Shown here piece by piece: positions 25,912 through 39,950 of a stretch of 64,000 nt of DNA. The number at the start of each line of letters is the position of its first letter. Positions within the stretch are counted from its first letter, which is position 1. Location of the stretch: NCBI GenBank assembly GCA_965113315.1, contig OZ220375.1. The stretch is one strand, 5' to 3'. The stretch is from Podarcis vaucheri. Taxonomy: Eukaryota. The notes below the pieces were generated by a model, which saw nothing but the letters and a program-made list of their open reading frames with translations, was not told the DNA's origin and ran no database searches. Made by a program: the position numbers and the translations under genes.

Positions 25912-26332
25912 GTGGGTCAATGGTGGCCCTTGGGAAAGAGAAGATTTAACTGCTTAGTAGTAACAGCATATGGCATTTCTATAGACTCATTCAGTGTAAA
26001 AAATGGACTTGGACAATCTTTATCTCATGCCCTTGCCATAACCTTGTGAGGCTGTGAATTCTTCCAAATGAAGAGAAAAGCTTGTTCTTGTTCCAGGCAC
26101 AAGGCCAGGTAGATTAGCAGGAAAGAAGTGGCGAGAATGCCACCCCTCCCCGCCCCTGCAAATGCTTTAAAGCCCCTAATACTGTGGTTGCAGGGAACCT
26201 TGGGAGTGGGGGATGGCTGTTACAGTCTGTATCAGAAGTTCATGCAGAGAGGAAGTGGGAGTAATGATTTGTTGCTGACACGACTCTTCACTGCCACATG
26301 CCTACCATGACTGAAAGGTGTTTTGCTTTCAG

Positions 26333-26494
26333 TTTCCAGCTGCAGATGCCCCCAGCCTAACTGAAGTTCTGCCGAGTGAGAGCGGGCCTTCCACTGTGCC
26401 AGACGGGCTTCTGTCTCCCCTACTAACAGGGACAGAGTTGCCCTTCGACCTGGAGCAGCAGTGGCAGGACCTCATGTCTATAATGGAAACGCAG
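26333..26494 (+). CDS. NFE2L1: NFE2L1 coding exon 4 (Neh5-like)
   Basis: tttcAG|FPAADAPS...LLSPLLT...DLEQQWQDLMSIMETQ|GTGAGG; 162 nt. Confidence 0.95.
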
Positions 26495-27600
26495 GTGAGG
26501 AAGGCTGGCTTCTACCCTTGTTTTTTTCTAGGTCCTCCTCTGCTTTCTCTTCAGGTGGGTTTACCATGCCACTGTTTAGTGTTTTGCTAGGTTTCAGGCA
26601 AATGTGAAGGTTGTTAACATCTCTGTTTTGTGAATTTCTCCTTCTGTAGAAGAATGATCTTTCTGCTGCTGCTGCAACCATCTTTCCTATAACAATAGGC
26701 AGGAGCCTAGAAGAATTTGCAGCAAATGGGAAACCAGAGCTGCAGAGTTAGGTGACCATCTAGTTCAAGAGTCGTCAAAAGCAGTGCACACACTGCACCA
26801 AGTGACTGCCTGCAACGTAGCAGGGCAGCGGTCCCCTGGGAAGGGCCAAACAAAAGACACCTCTCTCTTCAGGGTCACAATAAGTCACTACAACTTGGGG
26901 ACAGTTCTTTCCCACCCTTAAAACAATATAGCATCTCTGTCACAGGATGCATGCAGCCTATTCATTATCCTTGCTGGGAAAATGTTTTGCCTCTCTGCAT
27001 ACCAGGTATTGATTTTTTTTAAAAAAAAATTCCTCCACAAATTGCACAGCCACTGCTCCTGACCCTGGTTTTTTCACCTCTGGGCTGCCTGATTGGTGGT
27101 CAGATGACACTCTTCAGATGGCCTGATTTTGTCTAAGAACAATCAGTTTCTGAATGTTTGTCTGCTGTCTGCTTCCTATACTAGACAAAAATATTTATCA
27201 GTGGCGTGTCTCAGATAGGAGCCATTTCCATCCCCCCTCCTGGACCCACCCCAATAACTAGGTAGCTAGCTACAGAGGAATATTGAGTAATGCAGGATGC
27301 AGACCTGGCTTTGGTAGATAGGGCACAGTTGCTAGCAAGCATGCTGCTTTGTTATGCAAGTTCCTGATTTGTTGCAAACAGAGACCCGTGTCCCAGTTCT
27401 CCATACGTGCAAGTGGAACGGAAGTGAGTTCCCTTCATGCTAACGTACCTAAACTTCTGAATGATTGGGTCTTTGGTTTTCTTTGCTCTCTCACAGGGTC
27501 CTCTTTGGAGGACTTGTTTTGTGTACCCATTTACTCAAGTTGTGTTCTAGGAGGAAAATAGAGACACCTAGAGTCTGAAAAGTTTCTTTCCCCTTTTCAG

Positions 27601-28917
27601 GGTATGGAGGTGAACAGCACAGCAGCTGCAGGGACCCTGTACGATAGCACAGGTGGAGACATTCTGAATGCCAACTACAGCCTTGCTCCATCCACCCCAA
27701 TCAACCAGAATGTCAGCCTGCATCAGGCGTCACTGGGCAGCTGTACACAAGACTTTGCTTCCTTGTTCAGCTCTGAGATGGAGAGCCTCTCAGTAGCTGG
27801 CAGCTCAGCTTTGTTGCAGCTGGTTCCTGACAACTCCACTGGCTTCAACACCACATTTGGCTCTACCAACCTGAGTGGGATCTTCTTCCCTCCCCAGTTA
27901 AATGGCACTGTAAACGAAACATCTGGGCCTGAGCTGCCAGATCCTCTTGGGGGACTCCTTGATGAAGCCATGCTAGATGAGATTAGCTTGATGGACTTGG
28001 CCACTGAAGAAGGCTTCAACCCAGTGCAGGCTTCCCGCCTGGAGGAAGAATTTGATTCAGACTCGGGGCTCTCCTTGGACTCGAGCCACAGCCCTGCTTC
28101 TCTCAGCAGCTCAGAAGCATCGTCGTCATCATCTTCAGCTTCCTCCTCCTTTTCTGAGGAAGGTGCTGTGGGCTACAACTCGGACTCTGAAAATGTGGAT
28201 GTTGAAGATGCAGAAGGGGCAGTTGGGTACCAGCCAGAGTACAGCAAGTTTTGTCGTATGAGCTACCAGAACCCTTCTCAGCTGCAATATCTGCCTTATC
28301 TGGAGCATGTAGGTCACAATCACACCTACAACATGGCCCCCAGGACCTTAGACACTGACGAGCCCCAGCCAGCCACCATGGGGAAGAAGAGTGCCAAGGA
28401 TAAGCAGGCAGACTTCTTGGATAAGCAGATGAGCCGAGATGAGCACCGGGCCCGAGCCATGAAGATCCCTTTCCCCAACGAGAAGATCATCAACTTGCCT
28501 GTAGAAGAATTCAATGAACTCCTGTCGAAGTACCAACTGAGTGAGGCCCAGCTGAGCTTAATCCGGGACATCCGGAGACGGGGCAAGAACAAGATGGCTG
28601 CCCAGAACTGTCGTAAGAGAAAGCTGGACACTATCCTCAACTTGGAACGGGATGTAGAGGATTTGCAGAGAGACAAGTCAAAGCTGCTCAGGGAGAAGGT
28701 GGAGTTTCTCAGGTCCATTCGCCAGATGAAGCAAAAGGTGCAGAACCTCTATCAGGAGGTATTTGGCCGCCTGCGTGATGAGAATGGCCAGCCCTACTCC
28801 CCAAATCAGTATGCCCTACAGTACGCCAGTAATGGTAGTGTTATCCTAATACCACGCTCCTTGGCTGACCAGCAGGGCAGACGTCAAGAGAGGAAACAGA
28901 AAGACAGGAGGAAGTGA
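27601..28917 (+). CDS. NFE2L1: NFE2L1 last coding exon (NST glycodomain, DSGLS degron, Ser repeat, CNC-bZIP, C-terminal domain)
   Basis: ttttcAG|GGT ATG GAG; eight N-X-S/T sequons in the NST region, DSDSGLS, HNHTY, RDIRRRGKNKMAAQNCRKRK; spliced CDS 2295 nt = 764 aa. Confidence 0.98.
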   Translation, partial: GMEVNSTAAAGTLYDSTGGDILNANYSLAPSTPINQNVSLHQASLGSCTQDFASLFSSEMESLSVAGSSALLQLVPDNSTGFNTTFGSTNLSGIFFPPQLNGTVNETSGPELPDPLGGLLDEAMLDEISLMDLATEEGFNPVQASRLEEEFDSDSGLSLDSSHSPASLSSSEASSSSSSASSSFSEEGAVGYNSDSENVDVEDAEGAVGYQPEYSKFCRMSYQNPSQLQYLPYLEHVGHNHTYNMAPRTLDTDEPQPATMGKKSAKDKQADFLDKQMSRDEHRARAMKIPFPNEKIINLPVEEFNELLSKYQLSEAQLSLIRDIRRRGKNKMAAQNCRKRKLDTILNLERDVEDLQRDKSKLLREKVEFLRSIRQMKQKVQNLYQEVFGRLRDENGQPYSPNQYALQYASNGSVILIPRSLADQQGRRQERKQKDRRK

Positions 28918-30820
28918 GGTGATGAATGTTGGCAGGAGAGTGCAAAACTTGCAGAAACTGCATCTTGGAGAAAGGGCTGAGCCCCGAAGAATTTGAAGGA
29001 ACTTTCACGCCTTCTTATCCAATATATCTTCTCAAACCATGATAGCTGCCAGTCAGTGTATAGGAACAGACTGCTGGGCGGGGGCCTACAAGTCTTGAGA
29101 GGCAGAATGGCAAAGCATGTAGGGAAAGACCTGTGCCCCCAGCAGCCTGGAACCCATTATTGAACGTTGAGGGAGGGGGGACAAGCTGGCATAATGTGTG
29201 TGGGGAGGGGGGTGAGTCTTGGCAGAGGATAGAAAATCTGAATTGTTAAAGCTGGATATTTTTTTTAAGGAAAAAAAGGTGAAGTGGACAGACTGAGCAG
29301 GCTTAAAGTCCGTCCGTCCCCCGCCTTCAAACTTCGATATTTCAGATAGCTGGTTTTGTTTTTTTCGAACCAGTTTTTGCATCAGTTGTGCGCAATTTGA
29401 CAACATGACTGAATCCCATGACATAGCCGCTATCCCTTCCTACATCTGTATGTATATGTAAGTGCAGGTGGAACACATTAAGGTGTGTTTGTTTAGGGGA
29501 GAAGGGTGATTTTTCTTAACCCTTTTCAGCTCGGGGGAATGGAGAGATCTCCACGCAAGGAGTTACCGAGTACAGCCTTTTGGGTGGACTTTGAGTTAAT
29601 CTGCCATAAAGGTTGGAATGGTGGGAGTGGAAAGGGTTAATAGAATTACTGTGGTGATGCATCTTTCCACCGCCCCTCTCTTCCATTCAAAACTCACTAA
29701 GCATGTCACTGCCCACAGTGAGGAGCCAGTGTTATACTGGGCTACCATCAAGGTACATTACAAGATGGCGCATGGTAACTGCATGCTACAATGCTGACAT
29801 TTCTCACTGATTTGGCTTGAAAAGATTCATTTTGTGGACAAAAGGGGGTGTGAGGGCCAGGTGTGAAGGCTGCACTTTCATTTAGCGGAGGCTGCAAGGT
29901 GGAGGGTCTGGTGTGTGATCACCACTTGGTCTACAGCACAATGGGTTTTACCCCCATAAAGTGGGCATGTTGTGTAGAGCAAATAGCCATCTATGGCAAG
30001 CCCCTTTCTTAATGGGCACTTTGGTTTTAATTTATTTCTGTAGGACTTGTGTGCGCCTGTGTTTCCCCATTCCCATAGGGCTGTAAAATGGATTCGTGGT
30101 ATGCAGGAAGGAGAGAAGGGAGATGTTTTCCCCCAGAGATCAAAGCTGCTGAAAGGTATTTCTGCCATTAAGACTCGGTGTGTTAAACTGTGATTCCACA
30201 GCTGGTTTCTTTTCTGTCCTTGGGTGGTGTCATTCCAACTTCCCCCTTTCCCCCTCCTTAAAAAAAAATAAGGCAAAGGGTGAGGGTAGTGCCTTGAACA
30301 CAGCTGGCCTCAAGCTCCGAGGCAATCCTCGAAGCTGTTTAATTTGCAGTATAGCACAGCTGGGAGTATTACTGACTTTACCAGCATCTGATGAGCTAAA
30401 TGGCTTTGGTTTTCCCCAGTCAGTCCTGTGTATGTGATGGCGTGTGAGGACGTAGCACTGAAATGGGCATCCTCCAGAGAACTGTGGGGGTATGAAGCAC
30501 TGTATGTAATAGAGGCAACTTCTGCAGCCATATGTTCTATATGATCTTGTTTTTCTCAAGGCCATGATTTCTTACAAGGAAAATATAAAAGGTGAGAGGG
30601 GAAGTAAACTATCGGTGAGTCTCTCCCACCTCTCAGGCTTCTGTGATTTGACAGCATGAAACTTGAAGCACAAAATGTGTTGGAACTGTGGCTGGGTTGC
30701 TGGAGGATAGAGCCCTGATGTGTGCATGTGTTAATTTATTTTTTTCTGTAGAGGTTTTATTTTGAATGGTTTCTATGACCTGTTGGGGAGAGGAGCGAGA
30801 GCGTATGAGCACAGGACAAA

Positions 30821-30826
30821 AATAAA
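30821..30826 (+). terminator. NFE2L1: NFE2L1 polyadenylation signal (3'UTR about 1.9 kb)
   Basis: AATAAA followed by a GT/T-rich tract at about 30850-30890. Confidence 0.7.
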
Positions 30827-31159
30827 ATGGCTTATTCACTATTTGAGGATTTGTTTGGTGTCTTTAATTTTCTGCACTTTTCTTGGTAGCCCTAGCCCTA
30901 GCCCTGTGTTGTGATAAAAGGTAGGCTCAACAAATTCAGCATTACAATGACCGAGGGAATGTGCCTTCTCTTGACTTTATGTACTGGCCATGCTCCCCCA
31001 TAACATACTGCATTTCCCCTGCAATACTTCTCAGTTCAGCATATCACTTATTCCTGCAATATTTTCTACTTGCAATTCAGTACTTTGTATTGTAGAATAT
31101 TTTCAAGGAAGGCCTGGACCAGATGAAGAAGAAAAAGAGCAGGACTATAAATCTAAAGT

Positions 31160-31165
31160 TTTATT
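31160..31165 (-). terminator. CBX1: CBX1 polyadenylation signal (3'UTR about 1.25 kb)
   Basis: TTTATT on + (AATAAA on -), downstream of the CBX1 stop codon. Confidence 0.6.
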
Positions 31166-32384
31166 GAGACAAAAAGACAGTTCAGTATGAAGTTAAAATC
31201 CAAACACTTGAGTTTTAGACAACATTTTCACAGAAACCTAACCATGCTTTGTTTTTTTTAAAAAAGGTTTGTACACTTCTACGTACATACCACCCCCCAC
31301 ACAAAGGATGAATGGGGGTCAGTGGCTTGTGGGGTGTTTCAATGTCAGAGGTAAAATTGTCCTTTGGAAGAACAAGGTATCGTTAGCTTAAAAATGAAAT
31401 GGGTAGGACTAGGGCAAGGTAAGCAATCATAAATGCCCAAGTCTGAACAGAAGATAGTTGTTTACAGAATATTCTGAAACCTACTACTACCTTGTGCTGT
31501 AGGGGGTAGATTTCACCCCTACTTTCCTTCACCTTAATTAAAAGGATGCCTAAAATGCCACATACATACAAGAGCGGGGGGGGGGGAGGCTAAAAACCCT
31601 CAGTTTCTGGTTGGTTAAAAGAAAAAAGATGCAGAGGTACTAAAAAAATTGTCACATGATTTGGGGGGCAGTGCCCTCACTATGACTAGAGGGCAAAATA
31701 TGAAGAAGCTGTCTCCTTTCCAATTCCCGCAGTAATAATTCTGGAAGGTGACTGTATTCATGGTTGCAATCAAATTGTAACTTTTAACACTTAGACACAT
31801 AAGCTCCAGCCTCGCAGGAATCATCAATTCCACTTGCAGCAGGAGGCATGTATTTTGTAAGAATTGCAATTCTGGATACAGATACCATGAACTGGCCCTC
31901 CCCAAATCAGTCAGAATGCACCCTCCCTTCCCACCCCAACGATACACCGATAATAGCAAAAAGGAAGAAAGAAAAACTACACGCATGCTAATCTGTAAAA
32001 ATGCAATTAACACTATTGGGGAGTAAGGCTGTAGATCACAGAGATGGTCTCTGAAGAACACACAGCCTCTGCCTGCTATCCCTTTTGGCAGTCTGTTCCA
32101 ACTCTATTATTTTTATTTTTGCTTCACCCCCCCCCCCCCAAGCAAAGAACAGCTGGGAACTCACCAATTCTCTCCTCTTTCCTCATGTATATATGATGAG
32201 AAAGGAAGAAAGGGGACAGCATGTTGTCACACCTAGTTGTCAGGGGCATAGAAATTGTCCGGTTTCTACAGAGAGCATCTTCCACAGCCGCCTCTTCACT
32301 TTCTCACTCATGTTCAAACCCACAGTTTGATGATTTAATACAAAAGTCGGCCAGAGGAAGGATGGGGACAGAAGGGGAGGCAGG

Positions 32385-32642
<258 letters not shown>

Positions 32643-33255
32643 TCAGGTGATCTTAAAGCTTTGAATTCTGTGAATTTAATGCATGGCTTTGCTATTGATG
32701 CATAAGCACACCAAAGATTATTGTCCAGAAGGATAATACAAATCTGAGGTACCTTAACACTTGCCAGTTCATAGAATCATTGGCCACAAATCCTGATGCC
32801 TATAATGCAAAATACGATTTATAAGCATACATCTACCTGCCTGATCCACACAATCCTTCCTCAAGGCATGGAAGGATTGTGGGAATGGGTTGCAAGGGCT
32901 AGTTATTTCCAGTTATGACCTCAGAATGCTTGCAAGTAAAAGACAGTTGAACCTTACACAACAGAGAAAACAGATTCCAAGTTTCATATAAATCACTTGC
33001 AAGGAACTAGAAAGCAGCAGATCAAAATGCAAGAGGTAATCAAAGTGATGAGGCTGTATATTAACAGTATTCTGCAGCAAAGATAATTAGCCCCCTCCTA
33101 AACTTTTAAAAATGTTAGAGAACCAATGGTCTTACCATCTGATCTCATTACAGACACTCATACCATTAAGTAGCTGTGTTCCCAAAAATTCAACATCTGG
33201 ATTCTAATCTCTGATGGAGGATGCACAAGGGAGAAAAGACAAAGGAACAGGCTTA

Positions 33256-33561
<306 letters not shown>

Positions 33562-34339
33562 CTAGTTTTAAAGCTGTTTGAGCTACTGCTATTCCTAAGA
33601 ATCCCATTAATTCTACATCTGTGAAAGTGTTAGATCTCCAGCAAGAATTCTTAGCATACTCACAAAAATATTATTCAAGCTTCTCTGGTACATGCTACCA
33701 GTTTAATCAGTTTCAAGCTCTTTATAATATGGCACTGCTCTACAGTGCATATTAAACAAGGAGGTTTTAAGACATAAAGGGTTTCTTATTTGGCATTGAA
33801 ATTTTAAACAGCTTATTCCAAAGTAAGACCACACCCATCACCTTCCAGAATCTTTTCCACTTTTAATCTACCATAAAATATTTGTGTGGCACTACTGAAG
33901 CAACTGCCTTGCTTACTAGAGCAAGAACTTAGCTGGCAGGGAGGGAGGGAGGGAGAAACAGACAAGAGTATGCTAGTGAGGCAGAAAACCTGCTCTTGTT
34001 GCATTCTGGTTTCTTCCTTGGCTGAGGAGAGGTGTTGGGCTCAACCATTCCTGGAAATAATTTGCTGAGAATCTCCTTCATATTACTACGAAGTATCTTC
34101 CAGAACAAAGCTCCGGCACTGAAAGATTTCAGAGCTACATTTTGGTAAGCCCTAGCGTAATTATGTTATGTTTCCAGAGGAGGATGTGGAGAAAAGGGCT
34201 GGAGAGAAACAGCTGAAAATGGAAGGGTGTGAAGCAAAGACAGGAAAAAACTTATAAAATCAAAGAAATCAGAAATGAAGAGGAAGAGTTGTGTGCTAAC
34301 AGGAAAATGCAACAATATAAAAGGGATGGAAGTGCTAAG

Positions 34340-34376
34340 CACAAACAAACAAACAAACAAACAAACAAACAAACAA
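34340..34376. repeat. (AAAC)n microsatellite
   Basis: Direct reading. Confidence 0.9.
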
Positions 34377-35071
34377 AGGGTAAATAATGCAAACAATGGG
34401 GAGTGGGGAAGAGAACACCAAACTTTTGAGAAGCCATACATACAAAATTTTGGAACGGTCTGGCTGTTTTTACTTAACCACACAAAACTACTATCAGAAG
34501 TCTCTTGTCTTGAAATAAAAAGGGATAATGTGGCTAGAAAGAGTTTAGAGGCAGAATGAAAAAAGGCTGTATTCAACAGAATGCAAGGCAAGACACAGGG
34601 CAGACTCTACAAAGAGAAATACATGAGAAAACAGAAGCCCACCACCAGCCAAGTCACCAGATCCAACTTTTTTAATGCACCAGTGCTGTTTGCAAGAACA
34701 ACGCAATCAGGACCATGACACTTTGCTTCCAGCATACTAACACAGCAAATGGAGTCTTCCCACTGTAGCAGGTGCATCCCCAAAATTGAAAGAACACATA
34801 GCCACATTCTCTGATGGGGAGGTAACAGCTGGAGGCAGAGATTCTGGTGAGAAACACCACTAGTACCACAGACTAATGAATGTCAACCATATTCCCAAAG
34901 ACACTTGCAGCTGAGGCACTACACTACACAGTTATGTAGCTCACTTTAAGAAGGCAATAAATATCGCTGCTGTTAGCTAGTGTTTTACCCTTTCAGAAAC
35001 ATCAATCAGTCCTTAACTGCAAAGCATAAAGCAACCCTCATTGGGCCACAGATGGAGAGAATCTGCCTTAC

Positions 35072-35249
35072 CTCCTCTTTCTTTTTCTTTGGTCTGCTTT
35101 CTTCCCCCCTATCCTCTGAATCAGATTCTGCCTTGCGCTTGCTTCCCTCTGACTTGTCACTCTCATGTGCAGTTTTCTGGGATTGCAGGAACTCCGCAAT
35201 GAGGTCAGGGCAGTCGAGGTTCTCCTCTGGCTCCCACGTGTTATCTTCG
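35072..35249 (-). CDS. CBX1: CBX1 coding exon 2 (chromodomain end and hinge)
   Basis: tttcAG|(D)[25 protein letters not shown]...KPKKKKEE|GTAAG; 178 nt. Confidence 0.97.
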
Positions 35250-36449
35250 CTGAAACCATATAACTATTATCAGCTGGACAGGACTGCAAAATACCATATT
35301 TTGTAACTAGAGTTTATTTTGCAAAATAGCCCCTTTAAGAAAGTTATCTCCCTCGTTATGGGACCTGTAAATTCTTGGCACAAAATCTATGAAAATGACT
35401 TTTCTAGGAATGGGGAAGACTTGAAATCTACAGATTTTTGCAATGATAGGCAATTTCTGCTAGAATCCTGACATGGTGGGTTGAGATTCCTGAAAGGTTT
35501 TCTGGAAATGCAAACAAGACACCCTAAAGTTGTAAACTTGATAATGTGACTTAGTGTGACTTAAAGCTGATGGACTGCTCTAAGGCAGAATAGCGAGTGA
35601 TAAGGGCAGAGTAAAGCTACCAGATTTTCAGCTCTCTGTTATTCTTGACTGGGTTCTGACTTAATAAGATGGACCCCAGATTTGCATTATTTAGGAGAAG
35701 GAAAAAGTGTAAGTGCAGACCTGGAAGCCTTCTGCAGAAATTGCAACTTCTCTACAAGCACATCAGATTTTCAGCTTCAACACTAAACAGGCAGATAAAT
35801 ACTTTTAGGCATGGTTGCTTTCTCCTACACATAACTAGCAGTCTTAGATACTTTCCCCCTCAAGCACCCCTTACACCAGAACTGAGGACTGCTTATTTGC
35901 CCAGAAGCACACAATCAGTTTGAGGCTCACCTGTACTCTGAACACATACAAGCATCCACACACGTGAAAACATTCATTTGCTCACAAACTGCAGCCAAAC
36001 CGAGCCTCAAACAGAATTTTCAAGGTAGAAAGTACTTTTGGGAAGGAAAAAACCACACCTGTTTCTCAAACATGTTTTCCCTCCTGCAGCAACAGAATTA
36101 ACCCCCACACATATCTGGAAAAATTCCAAAAGAAGATTTCAAGACCATGAATTAACCAGAAATGGGATGGGGAAACTGGGCTGGTTTTTAAGACGCAGGT
36201 ATTCAGCAACCCTGGCACATCACCCTACCCTAGAGCAAGATAAAAAAGGCCTAAAGCAGGCTTCTTAACAGCTCCTGGGTGACAAGGCAAGCAAGGCTTT
36301 GAAAACCAGAAGAGATGTTCCCCTCTCTCAACACCAGTGCACAAAGAGATTAATCACAAGTATATGTGGACCAAGAGGCTACTGATTTTATGGGCTACTA
36401 ACCTTTAAAGATTAGTTTGCAAAGCTGAAATAAAGGGAAAGCAGCCTTA

Positions 36450-36650
<201 letters not shown>

Positions 36651-39600
36651 TTAGAAACTGCAATTGTCAACACCAGAGATCCGTGACACTTAGAATTTTT
36701 GTCTGTCTTGTCATTTTATTTTTTAATATGAAAACATTTTAATCTAAAAATACACAGGGAAATGTAGTGTAGGAAAAATGTTCCAGAAGCTGCAAAGTGA
36801 CACAAATAAAAGAGATACAATATGTAGTCACAAAAGCACAGTGAAACGCTGAAGCCCATCAATATCAATGGGACCCACATAAACCCAAACCTTGCTGTAC
36901 AACATCTATCCACATATACTGATTAATAAAAAGTAGATGCAGCACCTCATGGTGAACACTTTCCTATGACAGCTAATCAGGTTCTGCCGTTTTCTGCAAC
37001 AGGACATACATGGCTCCTTTTCTGGAATTTATGTTAAGATTTTCCCCTTGCCTCAACATGCAATTGAATAAAAACTAATGCTTTTCCCAACTCTAGGTAC
37101 TTTAAAATATGGCATACGAATCACAACTGTGCTCAACATGTTCCATCTGCCAAACCTACGATTTGTTTGTTGCCCAAGCAACTTATGACAGTGTTAACCT
37201 ATACTGAACACTTGGACCAACTGTAGGAAGCTCCGTAAAACTAGCATTTTTCTTCCAAAAGGAGCAGGCTCTGCAGGAGACAGAATCACTGTGTCTCTGC
37301 AGAACTTTGAAGTTCTTCAGGCCAGGCCTTTCTGCTTGCAGCAGGAAAAATCCCCACCATATCCTCCCTCCACCACTTTCAGAAACAACATGACTATGTT
37401 TGTGACTATACAGCAAGCCCGGCAGTGCTGGGGAGAGAAGGCATCCGTGAGTGGTGGAGGCACCACAAGGGTACCCAGCAAGCAAAGAAGATTAAACAGC
37501 TTGCTTTTTCTGGAAATGAAAAGTTACAGTCTACCGGAAAAAGAAAGCTATGCTGGGCTCCTGCAGGCAAAGCATCTCTCAGCAGGAGGATGCACTTGTC
37601 TCAGTCGGGGTCTGATAAAACATAGGCAAAAGGGGCCGTCAAGCACAGCTAGGTTTTAGAGGAAATGGGTCTCGTTTGCAGTGAAGGATGGCTGGCTAGG
37701 GAAAGAGACCCACAAACAGCAGCTGAATGGGGAGGAAGGAAGATTTTTAGAGAAGACAATTTCACAAAGCTTAAGCTAGTCCTGTCTCCTTCTCAAATGC
37801 TGGGATCTTGGCACACTCATGAAGTCACTGTTTCCAAAATTCTTTTACGGAAGAAAACCATATTAAAACTAGTTTAAAACCAGTTTACATTGTGTAGACA
37901 TTTTCCTCCTTCCAACCAGGAGGGGAATAACATGTGATCTGCACAGCTTGGCGTTAGTCCTATACAGTGCCAAAGCTTAGAATTTTTGGAAGTGTATCTC
38001 AGGAACAGTAAAGTAGTTGGGAAGAAACATCATTTTTTTACTCTGAGGTATGGAGGGGAGTAGCTGGGCATCTTCAAGTACAAGGAGTTTTATTCTTAAC
38101 CAGCATGACCTGGAAGCACTGGGACTTCATATTCCTAATGGGCTTCAGTACAATTAGCGAGCGTTTTAGTGAGATCTCTATGGGCTTCACACAACATTTC
38201 AAAGGTGCCTGTGGTCTAAAAAACAGACTCCATCTTGTACATCCCATGACTAAGAAATTGAAAGTGGGCTATATAGATTTCATCAGGCCCCATTTCAATT
38301 ACTTTGACCTGCTTTGTTATCCACACTGATGCCTACATACATGCACAAAGTTTGAGGGGGCTTTTTTGGGGGGGGAATATTTGGGAACTATTTTTAAGGT
38401 AAATCGCAAAAAACTCATCAGCCAACACAGGTTGCCATACGTCCGGATTTTTCCAGACGTTTAATATTGTGTTTCTTGGCTTCCCACTGTCTGGCAACCC
38501 TACTGAATACAACACAATTCAGATTCCAGAACCTTTAACTTTGGTTCCTTTATTATGAGAAAAGGGTTTCAATTGTCCTTAAATTTTCGTTCAGTTCAGT
38601 CCTCAGAATTCCTACCACCTTTGATCAGAAGTGGTGTAGCTCCTTTTATATGCCCCTTGAGCCAAACTCAAAGTGGATTGTCTTGAGAGGCAAAGGAGTG
38701 TCTCCAGCAAAGTCAAACTGCTGCATTGGCGGCACAAGCCTAGACAGTGTGTACGGAGATCCTGGGCTGCCCAGATGACAAGACCCCACCCCATGGCCTC
38801 GTTGATGTGGTCCCAAATGAAAGCAGAGCAATACATTTGGCACCAGGTTGGCTGCAGAAGTTGCCAAAAGGAGACATACAAGATGCCATTCAACTGTCTT
38901 AGAGACTCCACTCTGAATTTGTGTAGGGATTACTCCTTAGCCTTTTCTTCTCCCGAAGATGTCCCACAAGACACTGGAGGTGTCGCATCAGAGTCTTCCT
39001 AGATGGGCTAACTTCCCAGGTTGACAAACCTCCAAAGCATGAGACAGCGGTCACACCCCAGGAAATGGCTTTGACTGGTTGGTTAAACCAGGTGAGGGTC
39101 GCTGCGGCCGCTGTCTCATACTGAGAGCTTCTAGGAGCTGCAGTGGAGAGCTGAGTGCAGGTGGGGACCCAAAGCTGGACAAAGTACCCTAGGAGCACGA
39201 CATGTCATTCACCATAGGTACTACCCCTCCCCTAACATCCCAAACCAAAGCTATCTCTGCATGAATAGGCGTTATCGTCAGTGTGCCTTGTTAATCTTTC
39301 AGCTGGAGGGGTGCCTTCCGTTCCAGGTCATCTTCCAGGGACCTTATGCCAATGGTGCGTGAAGCCAGATGGAAAAGTTGGCAGAACTATTGATGCAAAG
39401 TTTGCCTTTACCTATACAGTACACTAGTTCCTACATATACTCCTCTCTGTCCTCCTGTCAGCCTTGCAAACACACTTGAGAAGGGTATGAATCAAGTAGC
39501 AAGTGAAAAATGCAACCTAGGAGGCCTGAAGTTTATATGCTTTTGAAACTCATCTATGCATAGGTCCACTGCTTCTACACTAATCACTTTTCTACCTTCA

Positions 39601-39950
39601 AAATGGCTTTTTCAGTATTTTCCATTAAAAACACCTTTCCAGCATTGTAGCTATAAACAGCCCAATGCATCCTCCTATGTGCTGCTCCCATGTTGTTTGA
39701 TGGGGTAGTACAATTAGTCTGACTGGGATAAAGTAGTTACTAGATATTTAATAGTAAAACACCCCAATGGACCAATGCATGACACCTGTGGTATCAAGCT
39801 GTAAAATAAATGAACTATTGTGATGTATGATGAATGAAAAATAACTTCATTTAGTTTGTTCATCACAAACCTTAAGCAAGGAAAGTAGGGAAATTCTGAT
39901 ACATCTGGCTAGCAAAAATTATACTTTTCAATCAAGGGAAATGTCTAGAG

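Noticed and set aside
30388-30420. Other CTGATGA motifs (also near 3804, 61270 and 63735) as hammerheads or C/D snoRNAs
   Set aside because: No helix II followed by GAAA, and no convincing C/D pair with a terminal stem
30888-30905. Telomere-like (AGCCCT)3
   Set aside because: Only three units and not TTAGGG
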